The notes beneath the pieces were generated by a model. The model was not told the origin of the DNA. It did not search any database and was given only the letters and a program-made list of their open reading frames with translations. Shown piece by piece: positions 17,197 through 29,436 of a stretch of 48,934 nt of DNA. The translations under genes were made by a program, and so were the position numbers. This DNA comes from Acidimicrobiales bacterium (GTDB lineage Bacteria > Actinomycetota > Acidimicrobiia > Acidimicrobiales > Aldehydirespiratoraceae). The stretch covers positions 1 to 48,934 of the forward strand of contig JBDQKM010000002.1 of the NCBI GenBank assembly GCA_040263275.1, given 5' to 3'. Numbering within the stretch: the stretch's first letter is position 1; every line of letters begins with the position of its first letter.

Positions 17197-17831
17197 TGGA
17201 GGTCCTCGACGACGCGCATGGCATCAGCTGAAGCCCCCTCGGGCGCGGCGACCTCCGTGATCGGGTCGTCGACGTCGTCGTACTCGAGCCGGAGGGCCCG
17301 GCTCATCGTGGCGTGCATGTCGTAGGTGCAGGTGATGTAGGTGAGCTCGAGGATCTCCTCATCGGACAGGTGCTCGCGAAGTGCATCGAAGACCGCGTCG
17401 GGCACGCGCCCGCCCTCGAGCACGAGCCCGTCGGTGTAGGCGAGCACCGCGCGTTGCACGGGAGAGAAGCAGCTCGCCACCGCCCAGCCGGGGATCGCCT
17501 CGATCTGCTCCTCGCGGAGTCCCACCTCGCGGCAGGCCTTGACGTGTTGGGAGAACACGAAGCGGCTCCCCCTCGCATAGCCAGCGCGGGTCTGGCCCAG
17601 CTCCCGGAGCTGGGGATCGAGCCGTCGTGCGGGGTCTCGGTACAAGGCGAAGCCACCCACGATGTGATCGAAGAGGTCCGGCACGAGGGCGGTGACCGTC
17701 CACCAGTCACCCGGGGTACCGGTCTCCGTGCCGGGTTCGGCGACCGGGTCCCGTTCGCCGAACAACATCGAATAGAGCGCCTGGGCGAGTTCGTGGGCGT
17801 CGTCGCGGCCGACCTGGCCGAGCCGCGGCAT
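17193..17831 (-). CDS. Carboxymuconolactone decarboxylase (AhpD-like) family protein
   Basis: LRELGQTRAGYARGSRFVFSQHVKACREVGL..EEILELTYITCTYDM is a CMD-domain pattern. The start overlaps the upstream stop (ATGA-type coupling). Confidence 0.6.
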   Translation of the reverse strand: MPRLGQVGRDDAHELAQALYSMLFGERDPVAEPGTETGTPGDWWTVTALVPDLFDHIVGGFALYRDPARRLDPQLRELGQTRAGYARGSRFVFSQHVKACREVGLREEQIEAIPGWAVASCFSPVQRAVLAYTDGLVLEGGRVPDAVFDALREHLSDEEILELTYITCTYDMHATMSRALRLEYDDVDDPITEVAAPEGASADAMRVVEDLQ

Positions 17832-18358
17832 CAGGCTGACTCCGGGACGTGGAACTGGATCGATGGTTCGTCCGTGCTCATCGGCGGGTCCTGGTGTTCG
17901 AGGAGTACGAGCGCCTCGTCGGCGTCGACGGCGGTGAACGGCGTGGTCAGCGTCGCGAACTCCACCGCGATCCCGTCAGGGTCCTCGGTGTAGATCGAGA
18001 CGATCCACCCGTGGTCGATCTCCAGCACGGTCAGGCCGAGGTCGAGCCACCGTTGGCGCTTGGCGGCCAGATCGTCGAGGTCGTCGGCGGTGAACGCCAG
18101 ATGGTTGGTGAGCACGTCGAGGCCGAGATCGCGACAGATGTCGGTGGAGAAGCCGTCGGCGCTCGGATCGTTCGAGAGGTCCCAGAACGCCATGAGCTGA
18201 TCGTCATCCGGTCCGGTCGAGTAGAAGACGTGACGAGCGAAACCGCCTTCCTTCGGCACGATCTCGGTCTTCACCAACTCGAACCCCATCGCCTCGGTGT
18301 AGAAGCGATGTGTCGCGCGGATGTCGCGCACCGCGAGCGCAATGTGGCTGACACCCAT
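17831..18358 (-). CDS. VOC (glyoxalase/bleomycin-resistance/extradiol dioxygenase) family protein
   Basis: MGVSHIALAVRDIRATHRFYTEAMGFELV, with a second beta-alpha-beta-beta-beta module HLAFTADD. Confidence 0.8.
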   Translation of the reverse strand: MGVSHIALAVRDIRATHRFYTEAMGFELVKTEIVPKEGGFARHVFYSTGPDDDQLMAFWDLSNDPSADGFSTDICRDLGLDVLTNHLAFTADDLDDLAAKRQRWLDLGLTVLEIDHGWIVSIYTEDPDGIAVEFATLTTPFTAVDADEALVLLEHQDPPMSTDEPSIQFHVPESA

Positions 18359-18360
18359 GG

Positions 18361-19251
18361 TCAGGCCTCCTCCTGTTCGTATCGATGCAGCGCCCTGTCG
18401 TAGTCGGACCAGCCCACCAGATCGCGCAGGTCGTCGAATGCGACCCGCTGGGGGCCGGAGCTGCCGTCAAGGAGGGCACGGGCTGCATCGTTGGTCGCCG
18501 CCGTGCCGTGCAGCAGTAGTGACACCGGGTAGAGCGCGACGGAGTAGCCCAGATCGGAGAGTTCGGCCGGGGTGACCCACGGTGTCCGACCGTCCTCGAC
18601 CAGGTTCGCGACCTTGTGGCCCGGCGTGACCTCGCAGTACCGGGCCATCTGTTCGACGGTTCGGGGCGCCTCGAGGAACGTCAGGTCGGCCCCGGCAGCG
18701 GCGAAGGCCTCGACCCGGTGGAGGGCTTCGTCGAAACCCACCGCCGCGGCGGCGTCCGTGCGCGCCATCACCAGCAGGTCGAGGCCGTGCTCGTCCCGGG
18801 CGTCGACGGCCGCGAGGACCCGGGCAACGGCCTCCGCGCGATCGACCACCCGCTTCCCTTCGGTGTGACCGCACTGCTTTGGCCACTCCTGATCCTCGAT
18901 CATGATGCAGGCCGCGCCGGCGCGGGCGAAGCCGAGCACCGAGCGTTGGGCGTTGAGCGGGTTCCCGTAGCCGGTGTCGGCATCGGCGATCACGGGGAGG
19001 TTGGTGGCGCCGGTGATCGTCGCCACCTGACCGACCATCTCCCCATAGCTCATCAGACCGACATCGGGCAGCCCGAGTCGGGTTGCGGCGACGGAGAATC
19101 CGCCGGCGAACATCAGCTCATGACCGGCAGCCTCGAGCACTCGGGCCGACAATGCGTCGTAACAGCCGGGCGCACTCGCGACGCCCGGGCGCTCGAGCAT
19201 TCGCCGGAGGGCGGGTGCGCCGCCGCCGGATCGAGGGAAGAGGTCTGGCAT
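18361..19251 (-). CDS. Isocitrate lyase / PEP mutase superfamily enzyme (methylisocitrate-lyase-like)
   Basis: Real part of ORF 18361..19902, from ATG 19251. GCYDALSARVLEAAG, IADADTGYGN and the catalytic loop IEDQEWPKQCGH. Confidence 0.8.
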   Translation of the reverse strand: MPDLFPRSGGGAPALRRMLERPGVASAPGCYDALSARVLEAAGHELMFAGGFSVAATRLGLPDVGLMSYGEMVGQVATITGATNLPVIADADTGYGNPLNAQRSVLGFARAGAACIMIEDQEWPKQCGHTEGKRVVDRAEAVARVLAAVDARDEHGLDLLVMARTDAAAAVGFDEALHRVEAFAAAGADLTFLEAPRTVEQMARYCEVTPGHKVANLVEDGRTPWVTPAELSDLGYSVALYPVSLLLHGTAATNDAARALLDGSSGPQRVAFDDLRDLVGWSDYDRALHRYEQEEA

Positions 19252-19362
19252 CAGACCCCAGCTTGGCCCACCGTCGGCCGCGCTGGGTAACCGTGCAGCG
19301 CTCCCCGCGGCCCGGGCATGTAGTAGTTCTGACTGTCCTCCGCCGAACAAGGGAGCACGAAT

Positions 19363-20130
19363 ATGCGCATCGAAGTCGACCAGGGCGTGATGACGCTCAC
19401 CAACGACGATCCGCCGATCAACCGAATGAGCCTCGGCTACATCGACGAGATCGAGCGCGTGCTCGGCGAGGTCAAGGGCGACGACCAGGTGCGGGCATTG
19501 GCGTTCACCGCCGACGGCGACGACAACTTCAGCGTCGGCATGGACCTGAAGCAGCTGATGTCGGACGAGGGACGGGCCCGGGGGTTCGAGGCCGTGCTCG
19601 ACCAGCGGCGCCGGGTGCTCCGAGCGATCGAGGACCTCGGCAAGCCGTCGGTCGTCACGCTGTTCGGCTACTGCCTCGGTGGCGGCCTCGAGCTGCCGCT
19701 GGCCTGCACCTTCCGTCTCGCCGCCTCGGCAGGCGCCAAGATCGGGCTTCCGGAGACCGATCTCGGCACGGTGCCGGCCTGGGGAGGAAGCGTGCGCCTC
19801 ACCCGTTGTGTCGGCGCCCCGCGGGCCCTCGACATGATGCTCAGGGGACGCCTGATCGACGGCGACGAGGCATTGCGCATCGGTCTCGTCACGGAGGTGC
19901 ACCCGATCGAGGAACTGAAAGCTCGGGCCCAGGAGTTGGCGCGCGAACTCGCCCGTGGCCCGCGCCTCGCCATGGCGGGCATCATGGACACGGTGCTGGC
20001 CACTGTCGACGGGACGCTCGCCGAGGGACTCGACGCCGAGCGAGATGCCGTGCGGCGGTGCCAGGGGACCGCCGACCAGATCGAGGGCGGCATGGCGTTC
20101 CTGCAGAAGCGCGACCCCGTCTTCGAGTAG
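19363..20130 (+). CDS. Enoyl-CoA hydratase/isomerase (crotonase) family protein
   Basis: FSVGMDLK and GYCLGGGLELPLACTFRLA..GLPETDLG. GGGAG SD lies upstream. Confidence 0.85.
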   Translation: MRIEVDQGVMTLTNDDPPINRMSLGYIDEIERVLGEVKGDDQVRALAFTADGDDNFSVGMDLKQLMSDEGRARGFEAVLDQRRRVLRAIEDLGKPSVVTLFGYCLGGGLELPLACTFRLAASAGAKIGLPETDLGTVPAWGGSVRLTRCVGAPRALDMMLRGRLIDGDEALRIGLVTEVHPIEELKARAQELARELARGPRLAMAGIMDTVLATVDGTLAEGLDAERDAVRRCQGTADQIEGGMAFLQKRDPVFE

Positions 20131-20188
20131 GAGCGTTTCGGCACCGACCGGTTGGCGTCCATTCGCCCCGAAGGACCAAGCTCACGAC

Positions 20189-21757
20189 ATGACCGACACC
20201 CCGAACGGCGCCCAGGCCCTCATCCGCACGCTGGTCGACTCCGGCGTCGACGTCTGTTTCACCAACCCGGGCACCTCCGAGATGCACTTCGTCGCAGCAC
20301 TCGACACGGTGCCGGAGATGCGCGGCATCCTCGGCCTGTTCGAGGGCGTCGTGACCGGCGCAGCCGACGGCTACGCCCGTATGGCCGGGAAACCGGCGGC
20401 CACCCTGCTGCACCTCGGCCCGGGCCTCGTCAACGGCCTCGCCAATCTCCACAACGCCCGGCGCGGGCGCACCCCGCTCGTGAACATCGTCGGTGACCAC
20501 GCCACGTACCACAAGCAGTACGACGCGCCCCTCGAGAGCGACATCGACTCCATCGCAGCCGGGGCGCCCGGTTGGTTCCGGCGGTCGACGTCCGCCGACG
20601 AAGTCGCCGCCGACGCCGCCGATGCGGTCGCCGCAGCCCTGGCGCCTCCCGGCTGTGTCGCGACCCTCGTGCTCCCGGCCGACACCTGCTGGCTCCCCGC
20701 AGCGGAAGGGCCTGCGGCTCCGGTCGCGCCCACCGCGCCCGAGCGGGTCGCCCGCGAGGACATCGACCGGGCGGCAGAGCTCCTGCGGTCGGAGGCCAAG
20801 TGCGGGTTGTTCGTGGGCGGTCGGGCCCTGACCGCCGACGGCACGCGAGCTGCAGCACGCATCGCGGCGGCGAGCGGAGCCACGCTGATCTCGGAGACCT
20901 TCCCGGCGCGCCAACGTCGAGGCGCCGGTATCCCGGGCATCGACCGCCTGATCTATCTCGCCGAGTTCGCCCAGATGCAGCTGGCCGGGATCGAGCACCT
21001 GATCCTCGTCGATGCCGTGGAGCCCGTGTCGTTCTTCGCCTACCCCGACAAGCCGTCGACGATCGCGCCCGACGGCTGCGAGATCATCACCCTGGTCGAC
21101 GGTCGGCACGACGCTCTGGCCGCGCTCGACGCGCTGGTCGATGCACTCGAGGCACCCGACGTCGCCGGCCCCACACCCGGCCGGCCCGACCGGCCGAGCG
21201 GTCCGCTCGACGTCAATTCCTTCGCCGATGCGATCGCGGCGACGCTGCCCGACGACGTGATCGTGGTCGACGAGTCGAACACCTCCGGCCTGGGCCTGCA
21301 GGCCGCCACGGCCGGCTGCCCGCCGCACGACTGGCTGTGCCTGACCGGGGGCTCGATCGGCATCGGCCTCCCCCTGGCCACCGGAGCCGCGGTCGGCGCG
21401 CCGAGCCGCAAAGTCCTCGCGGTCGAGTCCGACGGATCCGCGATGTACACCTTCCAAGCCCTGTGGACGATGGCGCACGAAGCCCTCGACGTCGCGGTGG
21501 TGATCGCCAACAACGGTCGCTACTCGGTGCTCGACATGGAGCTCGACCGGGTCGGTGCCGAGGCCGGAGGTCCGAAGGCCCGGGCCATGTTCGACCTCAC
21601 CGGACCCGACATCGACTTCGTCTCACTCGCCCAGGGACTCGGCGTGCCGGGAGAGCGGGTCGAGTCCGCCGACGCGCTGGCCGACGCGCTCGATCGAGCG
21701 TACGCAACCGAGGGCCCATATCTGATCGACGCCGTCCTCCCGCCGATGGCGTTCTGA
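20189..21757 (+). CDS. Thiamine-pyrophosphate-dependent enzyme (acetolactate synthase large subunit-like)
   Basis: Real part of ORF 19955..21757, from ATG 20189. NGAQALIRTLVDSGVDVCFTNPGTSEMHF is the TPP N-domain. GSIGIGLPLATGAA..ESDGSAMYT..NN is the TPP-binding motif. Confidence 0.8.
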   Translation: MTDTPNGAQALIRTLVDSGVDVCFTNPGTSEMHFVAALDTVPEMRGILGLFEGVVTGAADGYARMAGKPAATLLHLGPGLVNGLANLHNARRGRTPLVNIVGDHATYHKQYDAPLESDIDSIAAGAPGWFRRSTSADEVAADAADAVAAALAPPGCVATLVLPADTCWLPAAEGPAAPVAPTAPERVAREDIDRAAELLRSEAKCGLFVGGRALTADGTRAAARIAAASGATLISETFPARQRRGAGIPGIDRLIYLAEFAQMQLAGIEHLILVDAVEPVSFFAYPDKPSTIAPDGCEIITLVDGRHDALAALDALVDALEAPDVAGPTPGRPDRPSGPLDVNSFADAIAATLPDDVIVVDESNTSGLGLQAATAGCPPHDWLCLTGGSIGIGLPLATGAAVGAPSRKVLAVESDGSAMYTFQALWTMAHEALDVAVVIANNGRYSVLDMELDRVGAEAGGPKARAMFDLTGPDIDFVSLAQGLGVPGERVESADALADALDRAYATEGPYLIDAVLPPMAF

Positions 21758-21764
21758 GCTCGAC

Positions 21765-24149
21765 GTGGAACTCCGCCACCCCGCACCGTTCACGCCCAAG
21801 TGGCGGGGCCGATGGATCTGGTTCGAGCGACCAGCCATCGTGACCGAGACGGCCACCCGCCCGGTACTGAGAGACCCGAGCAGTCAGGTCGGGCTCTTCC
21901 GGCGAGCCCTGACGCTCGATGAGGTGCCGGAGAGCGCACCGACGCGGGTGTGGGTCGACGGGCGGTACCGGCTCACGGTGAACGGCACCGAGCTCGCGCG
22001 CGGGCCGGTGCGCAGCGACCCGCGGCGCGCCCACTACGACGTCGTCGACCTGGCGCCCCATCTTCGCCCCGGCCCGAACGTCATCGCTCTCACCGTGCGC
22101 CACTTCGGCACGGCCACGTCGTGGTGGATGCCGGCGCCGCCCACCTACACACTCGGTGCCGGCTGCGTGGCCTTCGAGGCGCGGATCGGCGACGATTGGG
22201 TGCTCAGCGATGCGGGCTGGAACTGCCTACCGGGTGACGCCTGGCAGAACGTGCCGGTGCCGGGCGATGTCGCCTCGTTGCCGCTCGAGTCGTTCGATGC
22301 CCGCCGGCATCCCCACGGATGGGAGCGCCCGACGTTCGACGACGCCGGATGGGGGAGTGCCATCGAGATCACGCCGATGCACACCGGCGCGAACAGCGAG
22401 CCGCGACCCTCCAGCGACCCGTTCGGGATGCTCCGTCCCCCCGTTCGCGTGGCCATGCCCGACGGCGACCGGCACCCGGCTGCACTGACCGCCACCAGCC
22501 GCCGAGCCGGCGGTCCGGCAGTCGACGACCCGGTCGAGCAGGTGCTGGCCGACGAACGCTCAGCCGCCACCGGCGAGGTACTCCACCACCGCTACGACCT
22601 GGGCCGAATCGCGGCCGGCAACCTCGAGCTGACGATCGGCGACGCCGCCCCTGGCACCGTCATCGACTTCGCCGCGTCGGAGCATCTCGACGACGATGGA
22701 CACCTGGCGCCGCTCGGCCAGCACGCAGGCCTCCGCTACATCTGCTGCGGCGGAGCCGAGGAGCGCTTCGAAGGGCTCGACATCGTGGGAACCCGGTTTC
22801 TCAACGCGTCGATCCGGGTGCCACAGGCTGGGCCGGCGCCCGCACTCGACGTCATCGTGCACGATCGGCATCGGCCACGACCCGACGGGGCGCACTTCGA
22901 GTGCTCCGACCCGGAGCTGCAGACGATCTTCGAGATCGGCCTCCGAACCGTCGACCTCTGCGCCCTGGATGCCTACGTTGACTGCCCCACCCGTGAGCAG
23001 CGGGCCTGGACCGGCGACTCCGTGGTCCACCAGTCGGTGGATCTGGTGACGAACCCCGACTGGTCGATGGCGCTGTGGCATCCCGAGCTCGCCGCCGCGC
23101 CCCGGGCCGATGGCATGTTGGCGATGGCGCCGGCGTCGGACTTCGCCCACGACGACCGCTTCTTCGTGCCCGACTGGTCGCTGCACTGGATGCGATCGGT
23201 TCACAACCTCTACCGCTACACCGGTGACCGAGCGCTGATCGCAGAGCTGCTCCCGGTCGCCGAGCGAACGCTGCGGTGGTTCGAGTCGTACCTGGCAGCC
23301 GACGGCCTCCTCGAATGGGTCGACGGTTGGCTGCTCCTCGACTGGGCGAGCGTGTACTCCCACGGGAAGTCCTCGATCCTCAATGCGCTGTGGGCCCGAG
23401 GCCTCGACGATTTCGCCGAGATGGCCGAGTGGCTGGGAAACAACGGCAGTGCCGACTGGGCGCGGGCACGGCGGGCATCCGTGGGGGCGGCGTTCGATCT
23501 GTTCTGGGACCAACAGCGGGGGCTCTACGTCGACCATGTGCTCGACGGCGTCCCTCAGGCCCCCGCGTCACAGCCCGCCAACGCCGCCGCCCTCGCAGCC
23601 GGACTCGTGCCAGAGCATCGGATCGCCGGCATCGTCGCGGCGATCACCGACCGCACACGTCTGCGCCAGCACGCCTGGTACATGGACACCGTCACCGTCG
23701 AGGGGCAGTCGTCGGGCGCCCTCTACATGGCGATCGGCTACCCGGAACCCGACTGGGACACCGACACTGAGATCGTCGAGTCCGAACCCTTCTTCCGATA
23801 TGTCGTCCACGATGCCCTCGCCCGGGTCGGCCGGGCCGACCTGATCGCTGACCTGTGTCGCGACTGGCAGCGCTTCGTCGATCGCGGCGAGACCACCTGG
23901 CCCGAGAACTGGGCCGGCGGGACGCGCTGTCACGGGTGGTCGTCAACGCCGACGCGCGACCTCATCGTCCACTGCCTCGGCATCTCCCCGGCCGAACCGG
24001 GCTTCGCCGCAGTCAGAGTCGCTCCCGCGCTCGGGAGCCTCGAGTGGGCCCGGGCCACGGTTCCCACGCCCCATGGGTTCGTCACCGTCGAGGCCCACGC
24101 CGACGGGCGGGTCGAGATCGACAGTCCCGTCCCCGTCGTGCGCGACTAA
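21765..24149 (+). CDS. Alpha-L-rhamnosidase family (GH78) protein
   Basis: The N-terminal WIWF..FRRALTLDEVP..RVWVDGRYRLTVNG..L and the catalytic (alpha/alpha)6 hallmark DCPTREQRAWTGD. Size 794 aa. Confidence 0.75.
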   Translation: MELRHPAPFTPKWRGRWIWFERPAIVTETATRPVLRDPSSQVGLFRRALTLDEVPESAPTRVWVDGRYRLTVNGTELARGPVRSDPRRAHYDVVDLAPHLRPGPNVIALTVRHFGTATSWWMPAPPTYTLGAGCVAFEARIGDDWVLSDAGWNCLPGDAWQNVPVPGDVASLPLESFDARRHPHGWERPTFDDAGWGSAIEITPMHTGANSEPRPSSDPFGMLRPPVRVAMPDGDRHPAALTATSRRAGGPAVDDPVEQVLADERSAATGEVLHHRYDLGRIAAGNLELTIGDAAPGTVIDFAASEHLDDDGHLAPLGQHAGLRYICCGGAEERFEGLDIVGTRFLNASIRVPQAGPAPALDVIVHDRHRPRPDGAHFECSDPELQTIFEIGLRTVDLCALDAYVDCPTREQRAWTGDSVVHQSVDLVTNPDWSMALWHPELAAAPRADGMLAMAPASDFAHDDRFFVPDWSLHWMRSVHNLYRYTGDRALIAELLPVAERTLRWFESYLAADGLLEWVDGWLLLDWASVYSHGKSSILNALWARGLDDFAEMAEWLGNNGSADWARARRASVGAAFDLFWDQQRGLYVDHVLDGVPQAPASQPANAAALAAGLVPEHRIAGIVAAITDRTRLRQHAWYMDTVTVEGQSSGALYMAIGYPEPDWDTDTEIVESEPFFRYVVHDALARVGRADLIADLCRDWQRFVDRGETTWPENWAGGTRCHGWSSTPTRDLIVHCLGISPAEPGFAAVRVAPALGSLEWARATVPTPHGFVTVEAHADGRVEIDSPVPVVRD

Positions 24150-24565
24150 CGAGCGAAGATCTGAGCGTCGTCGGCGAAGGCCTTGAACTCGAGGGCGTTG
24201 CCGGCCGGGTCGAGGAAGAACATCGTCGAATGCTCGCCGACCTCGCCCGCGAAACGGACGTGGGGCTCGATGACGAACTCCACGTCGAGGCCGCGAAGGC
24301 GTTCGGCCAGGGTGTTCCACGCACCGACGGACAGCAGCACGCCGAAGTGGGGGACCGGCACGTCATCGCCGTCGACCGGGTTCGTCGCCCGTCCGGCCGG
24401 GGCCGCGTCGACCTGGTGGATCACGAGCTGGTGGCCATACATGTCGAAGTCGACCCAGCGCTCTGCCGATCGGCCCTCGGCGAACCCGAGCACGTCTCCG
24501 TAGAAGGCGCGTGCGGCGCGGAGATCGGTCACCGGGATGGCCAGGTGGAAGCGGGAATCGGGCAT
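24146..24565 (-). CDS. VOC family protein (glyoxalase-like)
   Basis: FHLAIPVTDLRAARAFYGDVLGF..HFGVLL..DPAGNALEF. Confidence 0.75.
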   Translation of the reverse strand: MPDSRFHLAIPVTDLRAARAFYGDVLGFAEGRSAERWVDFDMYGHQLVIHQVDAAPAGRATNPVDGDDVPVPHFGVLLSVGAWNTLAERLRGLDVEFVIEPHVRFAGEVGEHSTMFFLDPAGNALEFKAFADDAQIFAR

Positions 24566-24660
24566 GACGACCCCACTGTGCCATGACGCAACGACCGACG
24601 GGGGTGTGACGTGGGTCGCCTCGGTTTGAGCCCAGGCGCTGCAGGTGTGACGCTCTGGGG

Positions 24661-26447
<1,787 letters not shown>

Positions 26448-26451
<4 letters not shown>

Positions 26452-27914
26452 GCGTGCCCGAACACTTCGACGTCCTGATCGTCGGCGCCGGTATCTCGGG
26501 CGTCGGCGGCGCCTACCACCTCCAGGAGCAGCGCCCGGGCTCGTCGTTCGTCGTGCTCGAGAGCAAGGAGACCTTCGGCGGTACCTGGGAGACCCACAAG
26601 TATCCGGGCATCAGGTCCGACAGCGACCTCTACACCTTCGGCTACCGGTTCAAGCCCTGGACGGGCACGCCGATCGCCACCGCCGATGAGATCATCCGCT
26701 ACATGGGCGAGGTCATCGACGAAAACGATCTCGACCGCCACATCCGCTACGGCCACCTGATCACCTCGGCCCGGTGGAACAGCGACGAGCGGCGGTGGAC
26801 CATCACGGCGACCGGCCCCGACGGCGACTCGGTCGTGTTCACCGCCGGGTTCCTGTGGATGTGTCAGGGCTACTACCGCCACTCCCACGGCTACACCCCC
26901 GAGTGGCCGGGGATGCAACGCTTCGCCGGGCAGATCGTGCACCCGCAGACCTGGCCCGACGATCTCGACTACGCCGGGAAGCGGGTCGTCTGCATCGGCT
27001 CGGGCGCCACCGCAGCCACGCTCGTGCCGGCGATGGCCGACGAGGTCGAGCACATCACGATGCTCCAGCGGTCGCCGACCTTCTTCATCACCGGGCGCAA
27101 CGCCAACGAACTGGCCGACACCCTCCGCGAGCTCGACATCCCGGAGGAGTGGACCCACGAGATCGTGCGGCGCAAGATCCTGAAGGACCAGGGCGAGTTG
27201 ACCAGCCTCGCGCTCGATCACCCCGACATGGTGCGCGGCGAGCTGTTGAAGGCGATCAGCGACATCCTCGGCGACGACTACGACGTCGACACCCACTTCA
27301 ACCCGAGCTACCGGCCCTGGCAGCAACGCATCGCGTTCGTGCCCGACGCCGACCTCTTCCAGGGCATCAAGTCGGGCCAGGCATCGGTGGTCACCGACGA
27401 GATCGAGTCGTTCACCGAGACCGGGATCGCCCTCACCTCCGGTGAGCACCTCGAGGCCGACATCATCATCACGGCCACCGGCTTCGACCTCAACGTCCTG
27501 GGCGACATCGACTTCGCCATCGACGGCGAGCCGCTCGACTTCTCCTCGACCGTCACCTACCTGGGGGCGATGTTCACCGGCGTCCCCAACCTGGCCTGGG
27601 TATTCGGCTACTTCCGCGCCAGCTGGACCCTGCGAGCGGACCTGTTGGCCGACTTCGTGTGCCGCCTGCTCGACGAGATGGACGAGCGCGGCGCCACCCG
27701 AGTCGTGCCCGAGCTCGGAGCCGACGAGGCCGACATGGAGCTGCGCCCGTGGGTCGAAGCCGACAACTTCAACCCCGGCTACCTCACCCGCAACATGCAC
27801 CTCATGCCCAAACAAGGCGACCACCAACCGTGGATCCACACCCAGGACTACTGGGTCGACAAGGACCTGCTGCCGGCCGTCGACCTCGGTGACGGTGCCC
27901 TCCGCTTCGACTGA
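26448..27914 (+). CDS. FAD-containing monooxygenase (EthA-like Baeyer-Villiger type)
   Basis: ATG 26448 overlaps the upstream stop (ATGA). IVGAGISGV, FGGTWETHKYPGIRSDSD, FAGQIVHPQTWP and CIGSGATAAT. Confidence 0.85.
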
Positions 27915-27952
27915 CGCTTCCACCACCCCCGACGGAGCGGTACCGTGACGGC

Positions 27953-28765
27953 ATGACCGATCTCCAGAGCCGTGCCGATCTCGGTGGTTTCGAACCCGAG
28001 TACAACGACGTGAGCTTCCCGTTTCCCGAGCCCCGGGAGACCATCGAGGAGGAGCGGCTCTATCGCAAGCAGCGCCTCGCCGGCGGCTTGCGCATCCTCG
28101 GCCGGCTCCGTCTCGCCGAAGGTGTCGCCGGCCATGTGACGGTCCGCGACCCGGAACACCTCGACCACTTCTGGGTCAACCCGTTCGGGAAGAACTTCAA
28201 GTACATGACGGTGAGCGACCTCATCTGCGTCAACCACAAGGGCGAAGTGGTCATCGGCGACCGGCCCGTGAACACCGCCGCCTTCGCCATTCACTCCGGC
28301 CTCCACGCGGCTCGCGAAGACGTGATCGCCGCGGCCCACTGTCACTCGATGTACGGCCGCACCTTCTCGGCGATGGGCAAGCCGCTCCGCATGCTCACCC
28401 AGGACCACACGATGTTCTACAACGACGTGGCGATGCATGCCGACGGCGGGGGAGCAGTGGTGCTCGACCCGGCCGACGGGGCCCGGATGGCCGAGTCGCT
28501 GGGCGACAAGAAGGCCCTCATCCATCAGAACCACGGGCTCATCACGGTCGGCGGCTCCGTCGACGCTGCGATCTGGTGGTTCGTGGCGCTCGAGCGCTGC
28601 TGCCAGACGCAGCTGGTGGCCGAGGCCGCCGGCGAGCCGATCGACATTGCCGACGAGCTCGCCCAGGCGGGCTACGAGCAGCAGGGGAGCGACCTCGGCG
28701 GCTGGTTCCAGTTCCAGCCCTGGTGGGAAGAGCTGCTCCGGGAAGAACCCGACTTCCTCGACTGA
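27953..28765 (+). CDS. Class II aldolase/adducin family protein
   Basis: GHVTVRDPE..FWVNP..NTAAFAIHSGLHAAREDVIAAAHCHSMYG..LIHQNHGLITVG. Confidence 0.8.
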   Translation: MTDLQSRADLGGFEPEYNDVSFPFPEPRETIEEERLYRKQRLAGGLRILGRLRLAEGVAGHVTVRDPEHLDHFWVNPFGKNFKYMTVSDLICVNHKGEVVIGDRPVNTAAFAIHSGLHAAREDVIAAAHCHSMYGRTFSAMGKPLRMLTQDHTMFYNDVAMHADGGGAVVLDPADGARMAESLGDKKALIHQNHGLITVGGSVDAAIWWFVALERCCQTQLVAEAAGEPIDIADELAQAGYEQQGSDLGGWFQFQPWWEELLREEPDFLD

Positions 28766-28766
28766 C

Positions 28767-29432
28767 GTGACCCTCGACGTCTCGGCGGTCGACGGCGTCG
28801 GGTGGCTCGTCTTCGACCGGCCCGAGGCCGGCAACGCCATCAACGCGCAGATGTTCCGCGACCTGGAGCGCGCGTGGCGTGATCTCGAGGCCGACCCCGA
28901 AGTACGGGTGATCGTCAACACCGGCAACGGCCGGGCCTTCCAGACCGGCCTCGACGTGATCCAGCTCGCCCGCGACAAGGCCGCACTGCGTGAGAGCTCG
29001 CGACAGACCCGTGACTTCGAGCTGCGGATGACCGGTTGGCACTGTGGGGTCACGAAGCCTGTGATCGCTGCCGTGAACGGCACCTGTGCGGGCGGCGGCC
29101 TGCACTTCGTGGCCGATGCCGACATCGTCATCGCGGCCGAGGACGCCACGTTCCTCGACCCGCACGTGAGCGTGGGGCAGGTCTCGGCCTTCGAGACGAT
29201 CGGGTTGCTCAAGAAGGCGCCGATGGAGTCCGTGACACGGATGGCGCTCATGGGCCGGCACGAGCGCATCGATGCGCGACGGGCCCGCGAGTTGGGGATC
29301 GTGAGCGAGGTGGTCCCCGCCGACGAACTGCGGCCTCGCGCCCAGGCGCTCGGCGAATCGATCAGCCACCACGAGGCGGACGCGCTCGCGGCGATGAAGA
29401 CGGCCCTCTGGAAAGTGTTGGAGCGCCCCTAG
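28767..29432 (+). CDS. Enoyl-CoA hydratase/isomerase family protein
   Basis: In-frame GTG at 28767, directly after the aldolase stop. VGWLVFDRPEAGNAIN..VIVNTGNGRAFQTGLDV..AAVNGTCAGGGLHFV. Confidence 0.8.
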   Translation: MTLDVSAVDGVGWLVFDRPEAGNAINAQMFRDLERAWRDLEADPEVRVIVNTGNGRAFQTGLDVIQLARDKAALRESSRQTRDFELRMTGWHCGVTKPVIAAVNGTCAGGGLHFVADADIVIAAEDATFLDPHVSVGQVSAFETIGLLKKAPMESVTRMALMGRHERIDARRARELGIVSEVVPADELRPRAQALGESISHHEADALAAMKTALWKVLERP

Positions 29433-29436
29433 ACCC

